DNA of 64,000 bases. It comes from an uncultured Patescibacteria group bacterium (GTDB taxonomy: Bacteria > Patescibacteriota > Microgenomatia > UBA1400 > PJMF01). Below are positions 27,926-37,306 of the stretch, one piece after another (the stretch's first letter is position 1; the number at the start of each line of letters is the position of its first letter). Made by a program: the position numbers and the translations under genes. The notes beneath the pieces are model-generated. The model made no database searches and was not told where the DNA came from. It worked only from the letters and a program-made list of their open reading frames with translations. The DNA lies in the NCBI GenBank assembly GCA_905478415.1, contig CAJQIG010000001.1, positions 150,098 to 214,097 on the forward strand. Reading direction: 5' to 3'.

Positions 27926-29548
27926 CTATTCTTCCTTGGTTCTATATATTTGAAACTTCATTTCATGGTCTGAACCATAAATAATATGATCTGCTTTTTC
28001 TAGAGGGAGCTCATCTTGATTACTTCCAACAATCAGAGCATTCTTTCTAGAAAGATCACTTATTGTTATGTCATCATAAAACTCATACTTAATCAATGAA
28101 CCACCTTGATACCAGATGGGGTTCGTTTTTCTTGCAAAAAGAGCATAAATGTATGGTTGCCCATAGTCTGAAGTAAAAATAATTGTATCGACTTCATTAA
28201 CACCCTCTCCATATTCGTACTTCTTGACTATCTCAAAAGCATCTAAATATCCATCTTTAAAGCCCTCAGCTGACTCTGCTGCAAAAGTAGTAAAGTAGTG
28301 ACCTAAAAAAGCAATAAAGAACATACTGTGCACCATTAAGAATAAACCCACAATTGAAGTCACAATAATGTTTTTTTCTCCATGAGAACCTCGAGCACTT
28401 TTATTCATTGCTCTCACTCTTACTTTTTTAAGCACATAGTCTAAACCATAGACGGCTAACATGATGAAGCCTGGTAGTGCCAACAGAGATCTATTACTAT
28501 GAGGTACTTCTGAAGAAACACTAGCCGGTAGAAAACCAATGACAACTATCAGTATAAAAAGTGCCATTTGTTTTCTGTGCATCTTTTCTTTTAGAAACCG
28601 AACCAACCCCGCTAAAATCAGCACTAGCGTTGTTATAAATAAAACTCCTAGGTACCCTGTTCCATGTCGGAGGGTCGTTGTTTCTCCAAAAAGAAGAAAC
28701 TGTGGTGAAAAATGTGCCCCGTAGTTTTTTAAAATTAAAAAAACTTTGTCTTGAAAAGATATATCTTCAAAGACAATGCTGACTCCAGCTCGAGTTAAAC
28801 CTTCTCCATATAATGAATCTTTAATCAAAGGTATGAGTAAAACAACAAATGCCACAGCTAATGTTACTACCTTACGAATATTTTTAATAACAGAAGCAAA
28901 ATAAAATATAAAAAGAGCTACGAGCATTAACGGCACTACTACTTTGGAACTATGGTAGGCATACATCGACCCAGCAAAGCCAAGTATTGTTAGCAAAGAA
29001 GCTGTTTTATCTGCAAAAAGAGTATGTAGTGATTTGAAGAAACCATACAGGCCCCAAATAAATAAGGTTAGCGCGATTCCCGATTCAAAACCAGTCCGAG
29101 AATAGTGGAAATGCCATGGAGATGTAGCAATGAGAAATCCAGCAAATAATGCATAGTGTTTTGCATACTTATGTTTTAAAAATACTTCCTTTGTAAGTAA
29201 CACAGTACCTAATATTCCAAAAATTGAAAAAATAAAAAATGGTAGTCTGACAGCAAAAAGGTTCATTCCAAAAACAAAAGTGAAAAAGCCACTTAGGTAT
29301 ATTGCCAATGGTGCTTTATAGTCTCCAAAGGATCTGAAACTAACAGGAAGCCTTGTTAACCATTCGTCTCTCCTGGTAGTAAAAATTGCAGAGCCATTAT
29401 ATCCAATTGCAGCTTCATCCCAAGTCATACCATGTGGGACAGATCCTAGTTGATAAAAGCGAAAAGCACCCGCTATAAAAAGAATTGCCAGCAATGATAC
29501 AAGATACCAATTTTTTTTAAAAAATGCAGTCATAACTACGACATCCAC
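27926..29548 (-). CDS. PMT/ArnT-like membrane glycosyltransferase (GT39/GT83-type)
   Basis: TM1 followed by GSVPHGMTWDEAAIGYNGSAIFTTRRDEWLTRLPVSFRSFGDYKAP, then SPWHFHYSRTGFES. The same loop architecture as 14515..16224. Confidence 0.75.
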   Translation of the reverse strand: MDVVVMTAFFKKNWYLVSLLAILFIAGAFRFYQLGSVPHGMTWDEAAIGYNGSAIFTTRRDEWLTRLPVSFRSFGDYKAPLAIYLSGFFTFVFGMNLFAVRLPFFIFSIFGILGTVLLTKEVFLKHKYAKHYALFAGFLIATSPWHFHYSRTGFESGIALTLFIWGLYGFFKSLHTLFADKTASLLTILGFAGSMYAYHSSKVVVPLMLVALFIFYFASVIKNIRKVVTLAVAFVVLLIPLIKDSLYGEGLTRAGVSIVFEDISFQDKVFLILKNYGAHFSPQFLLFGETTTLRHGTGYLGVLFITTLVLILAGLVRFLKEKMHRKQMALFILIVVIGFLPASVSSEVPHSNRSLLALPGFIMLAVYGLDYVLKKVRVRAMNKSARGSHGEKNIIVTSIVGLFLMVHSMFFIAFLGHYFTTFAAESAEGFKDGYLDAFEIVKKYEYGEGVNEVDTIIFTSDYGQPYIYALFARKTNPIWYQGGSLIKYEFYDDITISDLSRKNALIVGSNQDELPLEKADHIIYGSDHEMKFQIYRTKEE

Positions 29549-29558
29549 TCACTAAGTC

Positions 29559-31103
29559 TTATAAAGTTCTTGCCTTGTAGACAACTATTTTATCTCCAAA
29601 TGATTTCTCTGAAAGTATTTCACTATATCGTTGTCTACCCCACCAATTAGTAAGTACATCTGACTCTCTTGTATCAGTGATAACGTAATAAATATTTTTG
29701 GGTGTACCTTGTAAGCGAGGGCCATATTTGGCGTCAATTACTCCTAAAATATCTTCTTTTTCCCTAATATAGGAAACCACACCTGGCTCGTAAGCAAATT
29801 CTACAGGAAGTTCTTCACCCTCCAACCCCTGTTTTAAAAATAAATACTGGTACGGAAAATCATAGACATCAGGCATGTAGGTGTACACTGAAAAACGGGT
29901 GTCACCGGTGTCTTCTCTAATATAGTCGACTACTTTTTCTTTGACTGGGTAGTGAACTGTATCAAATTCAAATATAGGTTTTTCTACTTGTAGATAGTAA
30001 TTCAAACGCACTAAACCAGATACAATGAAAATTGACATACAAAGAACTGAAAATGCTTTAGGGGTTTTACTGAATACGGTACCCAAAAGAATAGTAACGA
30101 TTGGAATCATAGGCAAGACATACCAAAGGTTAAAGTGTAAGAAAAAGAATCCAATGATAGGAAAAATAGTAAATAGGCCTCCGATAATGAGTAGCTGTTG
30201 TAGTTCATTGTCAAAACTTTTTTTCTTCCAAATAAAATATCCAGCTAGTATCACTAACATTAGCAAGAGAGCCAGTGAATATTCTCTTAAAACACCAGGA
30301 AGTTCAAACAGTGTTCCACGAAACTCACCAAATGTAATCTGTAAGACAGAAAGAATTTTCTCCACACCAAAAGTATGACTTTCTCCTTCAGAGAAGTATG
30401 CAATGATCGCTCTTGCTTCAACAAAATTATTTTTAATTTCGAACAGCAACTGAGGAATAAAGGGGAGAAAGAAACCAAGCATGCTAGCAAATAATGCTCT
30501 AACATTTGGTCTGAATTTATACAACAATAAGGTGGCTACAATTATGAATGGATAGAAAATGGCAAATGCTGATGAAAAATGAAATCCAAAGGCAGCAGTA
30601 AAAAATAAGCCAAATACAATTTTTTCATTGAGTTTTTTTTGCGCAATCTGCTTTTTAAGTAATATGAGAATAACAATTGAAAGTAAGGTCATTGGGAATG
30701 GATTCCAAGCACTTCTGGATATTGTTAACCAAAAATTTGTGAACCCCATTATGACAGCAGATTCAATGTTGAAGTATCTATACACAAGATACATCTGCAG
30801 TAAAACTAACAAGGTCATCCCAACGGCAAAGAACGAAGGATCAAAGCCGCCAAGTAAAGCAAAAGGAGCCAAGAAATAATACCAAGCGGGACCAAAAAAG
30901 AGTCCTGGGATACTTGTCCAAGGACCAATGAACTTGATTTTTGGAACTACCAACATGTGGAGGACTGCTATGGCATCTTTACCATGATCAAATAGAAAGG
31001 GAACCACTCCACCTTGAATGTACAAAAAACGCACGATTCCAGCCGTTACTAAAAGTAAGATAAACCATAAGTGTTTTGATACTAAACTCTTAATTTTGAA
31101 CAT
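29559..31103 (-). CDS. GT-C-like polytopic membrane protein, G-D-x-G-[RK]-D family (tandem paralog A)
   Basis: TM1 followed by VVPFLFDHGKDAIAVLHMLV...IGPWTSIPGLFFGPAWYY, then SRSAWNPFPM. Collinear with 31152..32708 (FLGDQGRDALIVSRIF...IGPVTSVGNMYLGPLYYY...FSWNPNPAPF). Confidence 0.6.
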   Translation of the reverse strand: MFKIKSLVSKHLWFILLLVTAGIVRFLYIQGGVVPFLFDHGKDAIAVLHMLVVPKIKFIGPWTSIPGLFFGPAWYYFLAPFALLGGFDPSFFAVGMTLLVLLQMYLVYRYFNIESAVIMGFTNFWLTISRSAWNPFPMTLLSIVILILLKKQIAQKKLNEKIVFGLFFTAAFGFHFSSAFAIFYPFIIVATLLLYKFRPNVRALFASMLGFFLPFIPQLLFEIKNNFVEARAIIAYFSEGESHTFGVEKILSVLQITFGEFRGTLFELPGVLREYSLALLLMLVILAGYFIWKKKSFDNELQQLLIIGGLFTIFPIIGFFFLHFNLWYVLPMIPIVTILLGTVFSKTPKAFSVLCMSIFIVSGLVRLNYYLQVEKPIFEFDTVHYPVKEKVVDYIREDTGDTRFSVYTYMPDVYDFPYQYLFLKQGLEGEELPVEFAYEPGVVSYIREKEDILGVIDAKYGPRLQGTPKNIYYVITDTRESDVLTNWWGRQRYSEILSEKSFGDKIVVYKARTL

Positions 31104-31151
31104 CTGCGTATCTTACTTTCTACTCAAAAAATATCTACTTTAATACTAACA

Positions 31152-32708
31152 TTAATTCTGCTCTTTTCGCAGCATGGTAATCTCTGGGCCGTCAGGAATA
31201 GTGTAGACCTCAACCGGTTTTTTATTTGGGAACACAACAATTTCGTAGACGGGAGAATCAACTTCTTTCTCTATCTTTCGTTCCTCATCAATAATAAAAA
31301 GTGTTTCAACTTGACCGAACTCTTCTTCTGAAACTATTTTTTTGTCATCAGATGTTGATAAAAAATACCGATAATTTTGACCATTGAGATCACCAGTGCC
31401 ATTCAATAATACAATATTGTATTTTTCTCCTGGTTTTACTCTATCTTCAATTGTTTGTGCAACACTCTGAATATTAGCAATTGTCCACCCCAATGACTCT
31501 AGCATTTCTCTTCCATAAATAAAGTTGAATTGTATAAAAAAGAAAGAAAAAATACCTACCAAAATTTTTCCAACCATACTTTTTTGATATAAGTAATCTA
31601 AAATAATTGCGAGTGAAAAAAAGGCAGCAGGAAATAGATATGCAATATAATGATGATAAATATTATGTCGATATAAAGCAGTGCCGATAATTCCAGTTAT
31701 TAAAAATGAGAAAACAATAAACTCTCCTGATGCTAATCGACCTTTCTTGAACTTTCTAATTACAATATAAAATAAAACTGCAATCAACGAGAAAGCTATA
31801 AAAGTATCAAAAGATGAGTCATGTTCTCCCACACTTAAATCGGTCAAAATAAGTTTTGCTCGACTTCTAATGTTAATCAGTGTACTTGCAAGAACAGTAG
31901 GCGCTTCATGTTCATTTTTTGCAAAGGTTTCTTCCTTCGTTAAAATATTTATAAAAGCCTTCTTATTTAAACCATCATGTTTGATATCAAATAACACTAG
32001 TGGGGTGAGTGAGAGAAGAAAAATAAGCACTCCTACTGTTGTAGCAGTAAACATTTTTTTCAAAGGCTTTTTTTCTTTTATTTTTGTAAAAAGTTGATAA
32101 AGCCAAACCAACCCAAAAGCTGCGCCCGCAAGCAGTGTCATGTAGTGAAGCTGAATCAAGACTGCAAAACAAACTACCACAGCAATCCAATACTTCACAT
32201 TTTGTAGTGCCTTAAAGGTAAAATACATCAGCAGTAATGAAACAAATGGCGCTGGATTTGGGTTCCAACTGAAGCGAGTGTTTTGAGCCACCACAGCAGA
32301 TAAACCAAAGAGTGTTGCTGCAATAAGAGCTACTCGTTCACTTAAAAATTTCTTTCCCAAATGATACATCAAGAACACCGTCACAACTCCTAACAGTGCA
32401 ATTGCATAAACAGGTCCCATTGGACTTGGATAGGTCAACCAGAGAAAAGGGACCATAAAGTAGTAGTACAACGGCCCTAGATACATATTCCCCACACTGG
32501 TGACGGGACCAATGAAAACAAAATCTAGTTCTCGAAAAATTCGTGACACAATTAATGCATCACGTCCTTGATCTCCCAAAAACTGAACCGTATTTGCAAC
32601 ATTATAAAATCTTAAAAAAGTAGCAATACCTAAAACTATCAAGATAAGTACATGCTTTCTCTCAAACTTTTTCGGTACTAAGGATCTGATGCGTGCTAGT
32701 ACTTTCAT
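31152..32708 (-). CDS. GT-C-like polytopic membrane protein, G-D-x-G-[RK]-D family (tandem paralog B)
   Basis: See paralog A. Shares the loop-1 acidic motif, the xGPxTSxxxxYxGPxYYY segment and the SWNP motif. Confidence 0.6.
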   Translation of the reverse strand: MKVLARIRSLVPKKFERKHVLILIVLGIATFLRFYNVANTVQFLGDQGRDALIVSRIFRELDFVFIGPVTSVGNMYLGPLYYYFMVPFLWLTYPSPMGPVYAIALLGVVTVFLMYHLGKKFLSERVALIAATLFGLSAVVAQNTRFSWNPNPAPFVSLLLMYFTFKALQNVKYWIAVVVCFAVLIQLHYMTLLAGAAFGLVWLYQLFTKIKEKKPLKKMFTATTVGVLIFLLSLTPLVLFDIKHDGLNKKAFINILTKEETFAKNEHEAPTVLASTLINIRSRAKLILTDLSVGEHDSSFDTFIAFSLIAVLFYIVIRKFKKGRLASGEFIVFSFLITGIIGTALYRHNIYHHYIAYLFPAAFFSLAIILDYLYQKSMVGKILVGIFSFFFIQFNFIYGREMLESLGWTIANIQSVAQTIEDRVKPGEKYNIVLLNGTGDLNGQNYRYFLSTSDDKKIVSEEEFGQVETLFIIDEERKIEKEVDSPVYEIVVFPNKKPVEVYTIPDGPEITMLRKEQN

Positions 32709-33562
32709 AGGTGTCTTTTCCGAATGTTAAGTAATTTTAAAAACCAATACGGTTGCCAAAGTAAATAGTTTAGGTATTGACTCAGAGAAGCATGTTTGAC
32801 CGTAAAAGCAGCTCCATTTTTTAAAGAGATTTCTCTAATCTTTTGTGCACCAAACACATTTCGGTGAGTTGATTCATGCTTATGGAACACAATAGCTTTG
32901 GCTTCAAAAAGCACTTTCCAGTCTCTTTTTTTAGCCCGAAATGAAAGGTCTATATCTTCCCAATAAGCAGGATAAAATCGAGTATCAAGCCCACCTAGTA
33001 GCAACCATTTTTTTCGATCATAGAGACCACTACCACCACTCACCCAAGCAGTTTCCCCTGATGTCATTTGGGGTGCTTTTGAGTGAATAAACCGACCACG
33101 TTCAAACCACAATAAATTGCGGCCACTTTCTTCACCGCTCTCATCTTGCTCATACTCCTTACACCCAACAGCGAAACAGCTTGGATCTTCAAAGTAAGGT
33201 AGCAAATACTCTAAAACATCTTCTTTTGGTGAGACATCATTATTTAGTAGGAATATATAGTCACCAGTTGCAACTTGCACACCTAGGTTAACCGTACCTG
33301 CAAACCGCATATTTTTTGAAGTTGAGACAACAACCATCTTCACTCTCTTCTCTTCAGACAGATTACCAGTGTAGAGATGTGTATCACTATCTTTTTTTAA
33401 TGTGAATTTTTCGACCAAGTATCCAACACTCATATCAGTGCTAGAATCATCTGCAATCACAACTTCATCACCTTCACGCAAAGAATCAAGAACTGCAGGC
33501 AAGTGCTTCTTTAGAAGGTGTACTCCATTATAGTTTGGAATAACGACTGAAATTTTTGACAT
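32705..33562 (-). CDS. glycosyltransferase family 2
   Basis: ORF track 32705..33622. Start preferred at MSKISVVIPNYNGVHLL (33562), giving minimal overlap with the upstream gene. VVIADDSSTDMS and LNNDVSP are GT2 signatures. Confidence 0.75.
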   Translation of the reverse strand: MSKISVVIPNYNGVHLLKKHLPAVLDSLREGDEVVIADDSSTDMSVGYLVEKFTLKKDSDTHLYTGNLSEEKRVKMVVVSTSKNMRFAGTVNLGVQVATGDYIFLLNNDVSPKEDVLEYLLPYFEDPSCFAVGCKEYEQDESGEESGRNLLWFERGRFIHSKAPQMTSGETAWVSGGSGLYDRKKWLLLGGLDTRFYPAYWEDIDLSFRAKKRDWKVLFEAKAIVFHKHESTHRNVFGAQKIREISLKNGAAFTVKHASLSQYLNYLLWQPYWFLKLLNIRKRHL

Positions 33563-33563
33563 G

Positions 33564-34640
33564 TTATACCATTTCCTTGACTCTAGCAGTGAAAGCCTCT
33601 TTGCTAAATTTTTTAACTTCAATTCTTGCTTGAACAGCTAGTTTTTTTCGGTACTTTTCATCTTTGAGAATACCAGCTGTGATTGCTAAACACTCTTCTT
33701 TTGATTTCCAGAGTACTTCTTTGCCTAAAGATCCAACTACTTCGACCTGGCCTCCTTTTCCAAGTACAATCGGGACAACTCCATAGGACATAGCTTCTGC
33801 CGTTGTAATTCCAAAGTGTTCAACCTTTTCTGGATGCTTTTCTTCAGAAACTTCATACCCAGTTGCATGCCAATAAATTTGAGCTTTTTTATACAACTGC
33901 TGTAACTGAGCATGTGAAGCATCCCGTATAAATTCTATAGGAAGTCCCTTGGCTTGTTCTAGTAGTTCTTTAAAATAGTCTTCATCTTCAACAGTACCAA
34001 TAAAGACAAGTTTCCAACCTTTAGTTCTTCGGGGATGACGAGTGAGTAACTCCTTAAAAATAGCCACTAAGACATCTTGTCGCTTTGCGTGAAGCTGTCG
34101 GAAGAAACGACCAACGTGCAGAATGATCTTTTCCTTCTTTGCTGGAATTCTGGTTGGAATTACTATCATCGGATAATTAACTACATCAATAGATGTCTTC
34201 CAGTATTTTTCAACTAACTTTTTTGTAAACTCTGAGTTTGTATTTTTTATCTGCCAATTTCTAAGTTTTAGCCGCTCCAACAAACTAGACTTATCAAGAA
34301 TCAGAGGAATTTGAATATGCAAATTATTTTTTTTAGCTAAACTGAAGAAAAGACTTCCATCAGTAACATAGTAAAAGTAGTCAAATTGTCGTGTCCATAA
34401 GGTCTTTTCTAAAAATCCACCACCATAGAATGGAGATTGCACAAATGTTATTGCTGGGTGTAACTTTCTACCAAGAAATGATTCGTATGCCTGTTTATAG
34501 CTCTGCAATTCTTCTGAGGAACTTACCGGCACTGCTATCCAGACTGCATGTTCGCTAGCGAGCTCCTGGGCAACATCAAAAAAGTGCTTTTCACCTCCGC
34601 CAAAGTGTTTGGGTATGTAGGGCGAAAAAAAACCTATTTT
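33564..34640 (-). CDS. glycosyltransferase family 4 (GT-B)
   Basis: ORF track 33564..34658. MKIGFFSPYIPKHFGGGEKH N-terminus. C-terminal EHFGITTAEAMSYGVVPIV is the GT4 motif. Confidence 0.8.
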   Translation of the reverse strand, partial: KIGFFSPYIPKHFGGGEKHFFDVAQELASEHAVWIAVPVSSSEELQSYKQAYESFLGRKLHPAITFVQSPFYGGGFLEKTLWTRQFDYFYYVTDGSLFFSLAKKNNLHIQIPLILDKSSLLERLKLRNWQIKNTNSEFTKKLVEKYWKTSIDVVNYPMIVIPTRIPAKKEKIILHVGRFFRQLHAKRQDVLVAIFKELLTRHPRRTKGWKLVFIGTVEDEDYFKELLEQAKGLPIEFIRDASHAQLQQLYKKAQIYWHATGYEVSEEKHPEKVEHFGITTAEAMSYGVVPIVLGKGGQVEVVGSLGKEVLWKSKEECLAITAGILKDEKYRKKLAVQARIEVKKFSKEAFTARVKEMV

Positions 34641-35470
34641 CATGAGTCTTTTTTCCATTTTTTTTGAATTTCATCTTCAAGATACTTATACCGTTCAGGA
34701 ATACTTGGTTCTTGCTGTAATTCCCAAATTTGCATATATATCCACATGCGATTGATAGCCTGAGTAAGTGACTCAAGTAACCCTACCATTCCATCTTTGT
34801 AGCCTTTATCTCGAATGGCTCGACGCCAAAACTCCATCAAACCTTTTCTGAGTATGGTTTTAAAGGTTACTGGAGCGATATTTGCTTCAATAAATGCCGT
34901 GGCTTCTTTCTGTGTCCACTCAGCACTTTTCTTGAGGTTATCAGTTACACTTCTGTGTGTAAGGTGTACTAATGAAGAATTGAGAAGTTCAGCTTCACCG
35001 TTAAAGTTGGGGCTCTCGTGTATATCTCCTACCCATTCTTTTAACTGAGACACTTTAAAAACTCGAGTCACTACATCTTCTTGCCAACCACCATAGGTAA
35101 CGGGATGTCCAAAAAAGTAGTTCTTTCTCAAGATGGAAAACGCGTTCGCTGCACTTGTTTCTGTATGCACAGCTATCTCTTTTGCTAGTGTAGGAGTAAT
35201 ACGTTCATCTGCATCGAGATAGAGAATCCATTTGGTAGTTACATGCTTTATAGCTTCTTCTCTCACTCGTGCAAACGAATCAGATTTAAAGCTAATAACC
35301 TTTGCTCCTGCTGTCTCAGCTAATTCAGCCGTGTTATCAGTTGAACCATTATCAATAACTAAAACGTGGTCACACCATCTAACAGTCTTCAAAGCCGACA
35401 AAATCATAGCACTCTCATTTCGAGCGATAATTACTGCAGTTATTGATGGAGTTAGTTCAGTTTTTTTCAT
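34640..35470 (-). CDS. glycosyltransferase family 2
   Basis: ITAVIIARNESAMILSAL...VLVIDNGSTDNT...LYLDADE. Confidence 0.8.
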   Translation of the reverse strand: MKKTELTPSITAVIIARNESAMILSALKTVRWCDHVLVIDNGSTDNTAELAETAGAKVISFKSDSFARVREEAIKHVTTKWILYLDADERITPTLAKEIAVHTETSAANAFSILRKNYFFGHPVTYGGWQEDVVTRVFKVSQLKEWVGDIHESPNFNGEAELLNSSLVHLTHRSVTDNLKKSAEWTQKEATAFIEANIAPVTFKTILRKGLMEFWRRAIRDKGYKDGMVGLLESLTQAINRMWIYMQIWELQQEPSIPERYKYLEDEIQKKWKKDS

Positions 35471-36378
35471 ACAACAGGTTGCTTTCCAAAACGACGGAGT
35501 AAAAAATGAAGCACTGCCGTTTGTTCATACTTTGTACCTGCCCATATATACTGAAGCAAAATTCTGCATCCTGCTAGTAAGGCTTTAAAATTACCATGCT
35601 TAATAGTAAACAACAATCGGTTTCGAGCGATATAGTATTGATGTAGTTTTGATCCAGAGCCACCACTTGAACCTGCATTCTTATGCCAAACTATCGAGGC
35701 AGGACAAAAACCAATTTCATACCCAGCTCGACGAGTTCTGACACTTAGATCCACGTCTTCGAAATAGAGGAAAAAACGTTTGTCAAAAGTTCCTACTTTT
35801 TCTAGCACTTCGCGCTTAATTAAAACACAGCAACCAGTTGCAAAATCACTCCCTTGAAATGAATCAAATTGACCACGATCTACTTCGTCAACTCCTCTAT
35901 GAAAGGCCGCAAGGTTTTGCCAATCTATACTGCCGCCAGCATACCAGAGGACAGAACCCAACTCAGAGCGAGCATATTCCTTCTTATGATATTCGTTACC
36001 TTTATAAAAATAAATTTTGGGACAAATGAGTCCATATTCCGGATTTTCTTGACTACATTCGGCGAGTCTCTTTAAAAAGAGAGTGTCAACGACAGTATCG
36101 TTATTTAGAAGTAAAACATAATCGGAGTTATATTTTTCGATGGAGTAAAAAATTCCTAAGTTATTACCTCCCGTAAAACCTAAATTGGCTTCACTCCGTA
36201 CTACTTCAAATCGCTTCTTATCTAGTCCACGAGGAAGTTGGTACTGCTCAATCGAACCATTATCCACGACAATAACTGTGAATTTTATTTCTCTGCCAGA
36301 AACCTTTGCCAATGACTTCAAACACTCATCGGTATCAGATTTGGTATTGTAGTTTACTATAACTAAGCTTATGTGCAT
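35467..36378 (-). CDS. glycosyltransferase family 2 (rhamnosyl/galactofuranosyl-transferase-like subfamily)
   Basis: MHISLVIVNYNTKSDTDECLKSL...VIVVDNGSIEQ...LLLNNDTVV. Confidence 0.8.
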   Translation of the reverse strand: MHISLVIVNYNTKSDTDECLKSLAKVSGREIKFTVIVVDNGSIEQYQLPRGLDKKRFEVVRSEANLGFTGGNNLGIFYSIEKYNSDYVLLLNNDTVVDTLFLKRLAECSQENPEYGLICPKIYFYKGNEYHKKEYARSELGSVLWYAGGSIDWQNLAAFHRGVDEVDRGQFDSFQGSDFATGCCVLIKREVLEKVGTFDKRFFLYFEDVDLSVRTRRAGYEIGFCPASIVWHKNAGSSGGSGSKLHQYYIARNRLLFTIKHGNFKALLAGCRILLQYIWAGTKYEQTAVLHFLLRRFGKQPVV

Positions 36379-36400
36379 AAAATGTCTTACAATCAGTATA

Positions 36401-37303
36401 CTATGAATGGAGCTTTCGCTTTATTTTTGAAAGCATCTTATTAAAACCACTCTTATGTTCTGCTTCGTAATCAGCTATCCAATACGATATATCCTTTTGC
36501 ATGGCTTTAAGGGCCTTGAGTGTTTTCCTCTGGTCTATCGAGGTCTTTTTAAAACCCTGTGACTCCCATTTTTTGAGTACTAACAAAATAGAGTAAAAAC
36601 TTTGAAGAAAACTCAGACTTACTCCATGCATGCCTTCGTCGATTCCCCTAAACTTAAAGAGACGACTCATCAACTCATCTTTAAATGCAGTCACAATAGC
36701 AGCAGGTCCAGGATGATCATCGCGCAAATACTCAGATTGAATATCTGTGTATCGATTCATTCTCTCAACAAATTGTGAGATTGATTGATAATTATGATGA
36801 AGTATAGCCAAAGAATTCTTTTGTTCAATGTATGCTACTTTACCCTGTACTGTTGGAACTGAATGAATCGTATCATCCCAACTAACAACACCTTTTTTAA
36901 ATATCCTCAACTGGTAATCTGGCCACCAGCCTGTTTTCTGCATCTGATGTCCAAAGACTTCATTAAGCCTTGGAATGTAGTATGCATCGGCTGCAGGGTT
37001 TTTGATGATGTCTTGCAATTTCTCTTTGAGCGTTGGTAAGATCTCCTCATCTGCATCCAAAATCAAGATCCACTCTTTTGTGGCTTTGCCAATGGCAAAA
37101 TTACGAGCTGGCTCAACATATCCCACATCTTTATGGTTGAAAACATGGCTCGTGTATTTCTTGGCAATGCTTTTAGTAGCGTCGGTGCTCTGCATATCGA
37201 CGACAATGATCTCATCAGCAAAAGCAACAGACTTCAAGGCTGCCTCTAAAAATTGTTCAGAATTCTTTGTATTGAGAACGACCGAAAGAGATGTGCTTTT
37301 CAT
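36401..37303 (-). CDS. glycosyltransferase family 2
   Basis: LSVVLNTKNSEQFLEAALKSVAFADEIIVVDMQSTDAT...LILDADEE. Confidence 0.8.
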   Translation of the reverse strand: MKSTSLSVVLNTKNSEQFLEAALKSVAFADEIIVVDMQSTDATKSIAKKYTSHVFNHKDVGYVEPARNFAIGKATKEWILILDADEEILPTLKEKLQDIIKNPAADAYYIPRLNEVFGHQMQKTGWWPDYQLRIFKKGVVSWDDTIHSVPTVQGKVAYIEQKNSLAILHHNYQSISQFVERMNRYTDIQSEYLRDDHPGPAAIVTAFKDELMSRLFKFRGIDEGMHGVSLSFLQSFYSILLVLKKWESQGFKKTSIDQRKTLKALKAMQKDISYWIADYEAEHKSGFNKMLSKIKRKLHS

Positions 37304-37306
37304 AGA

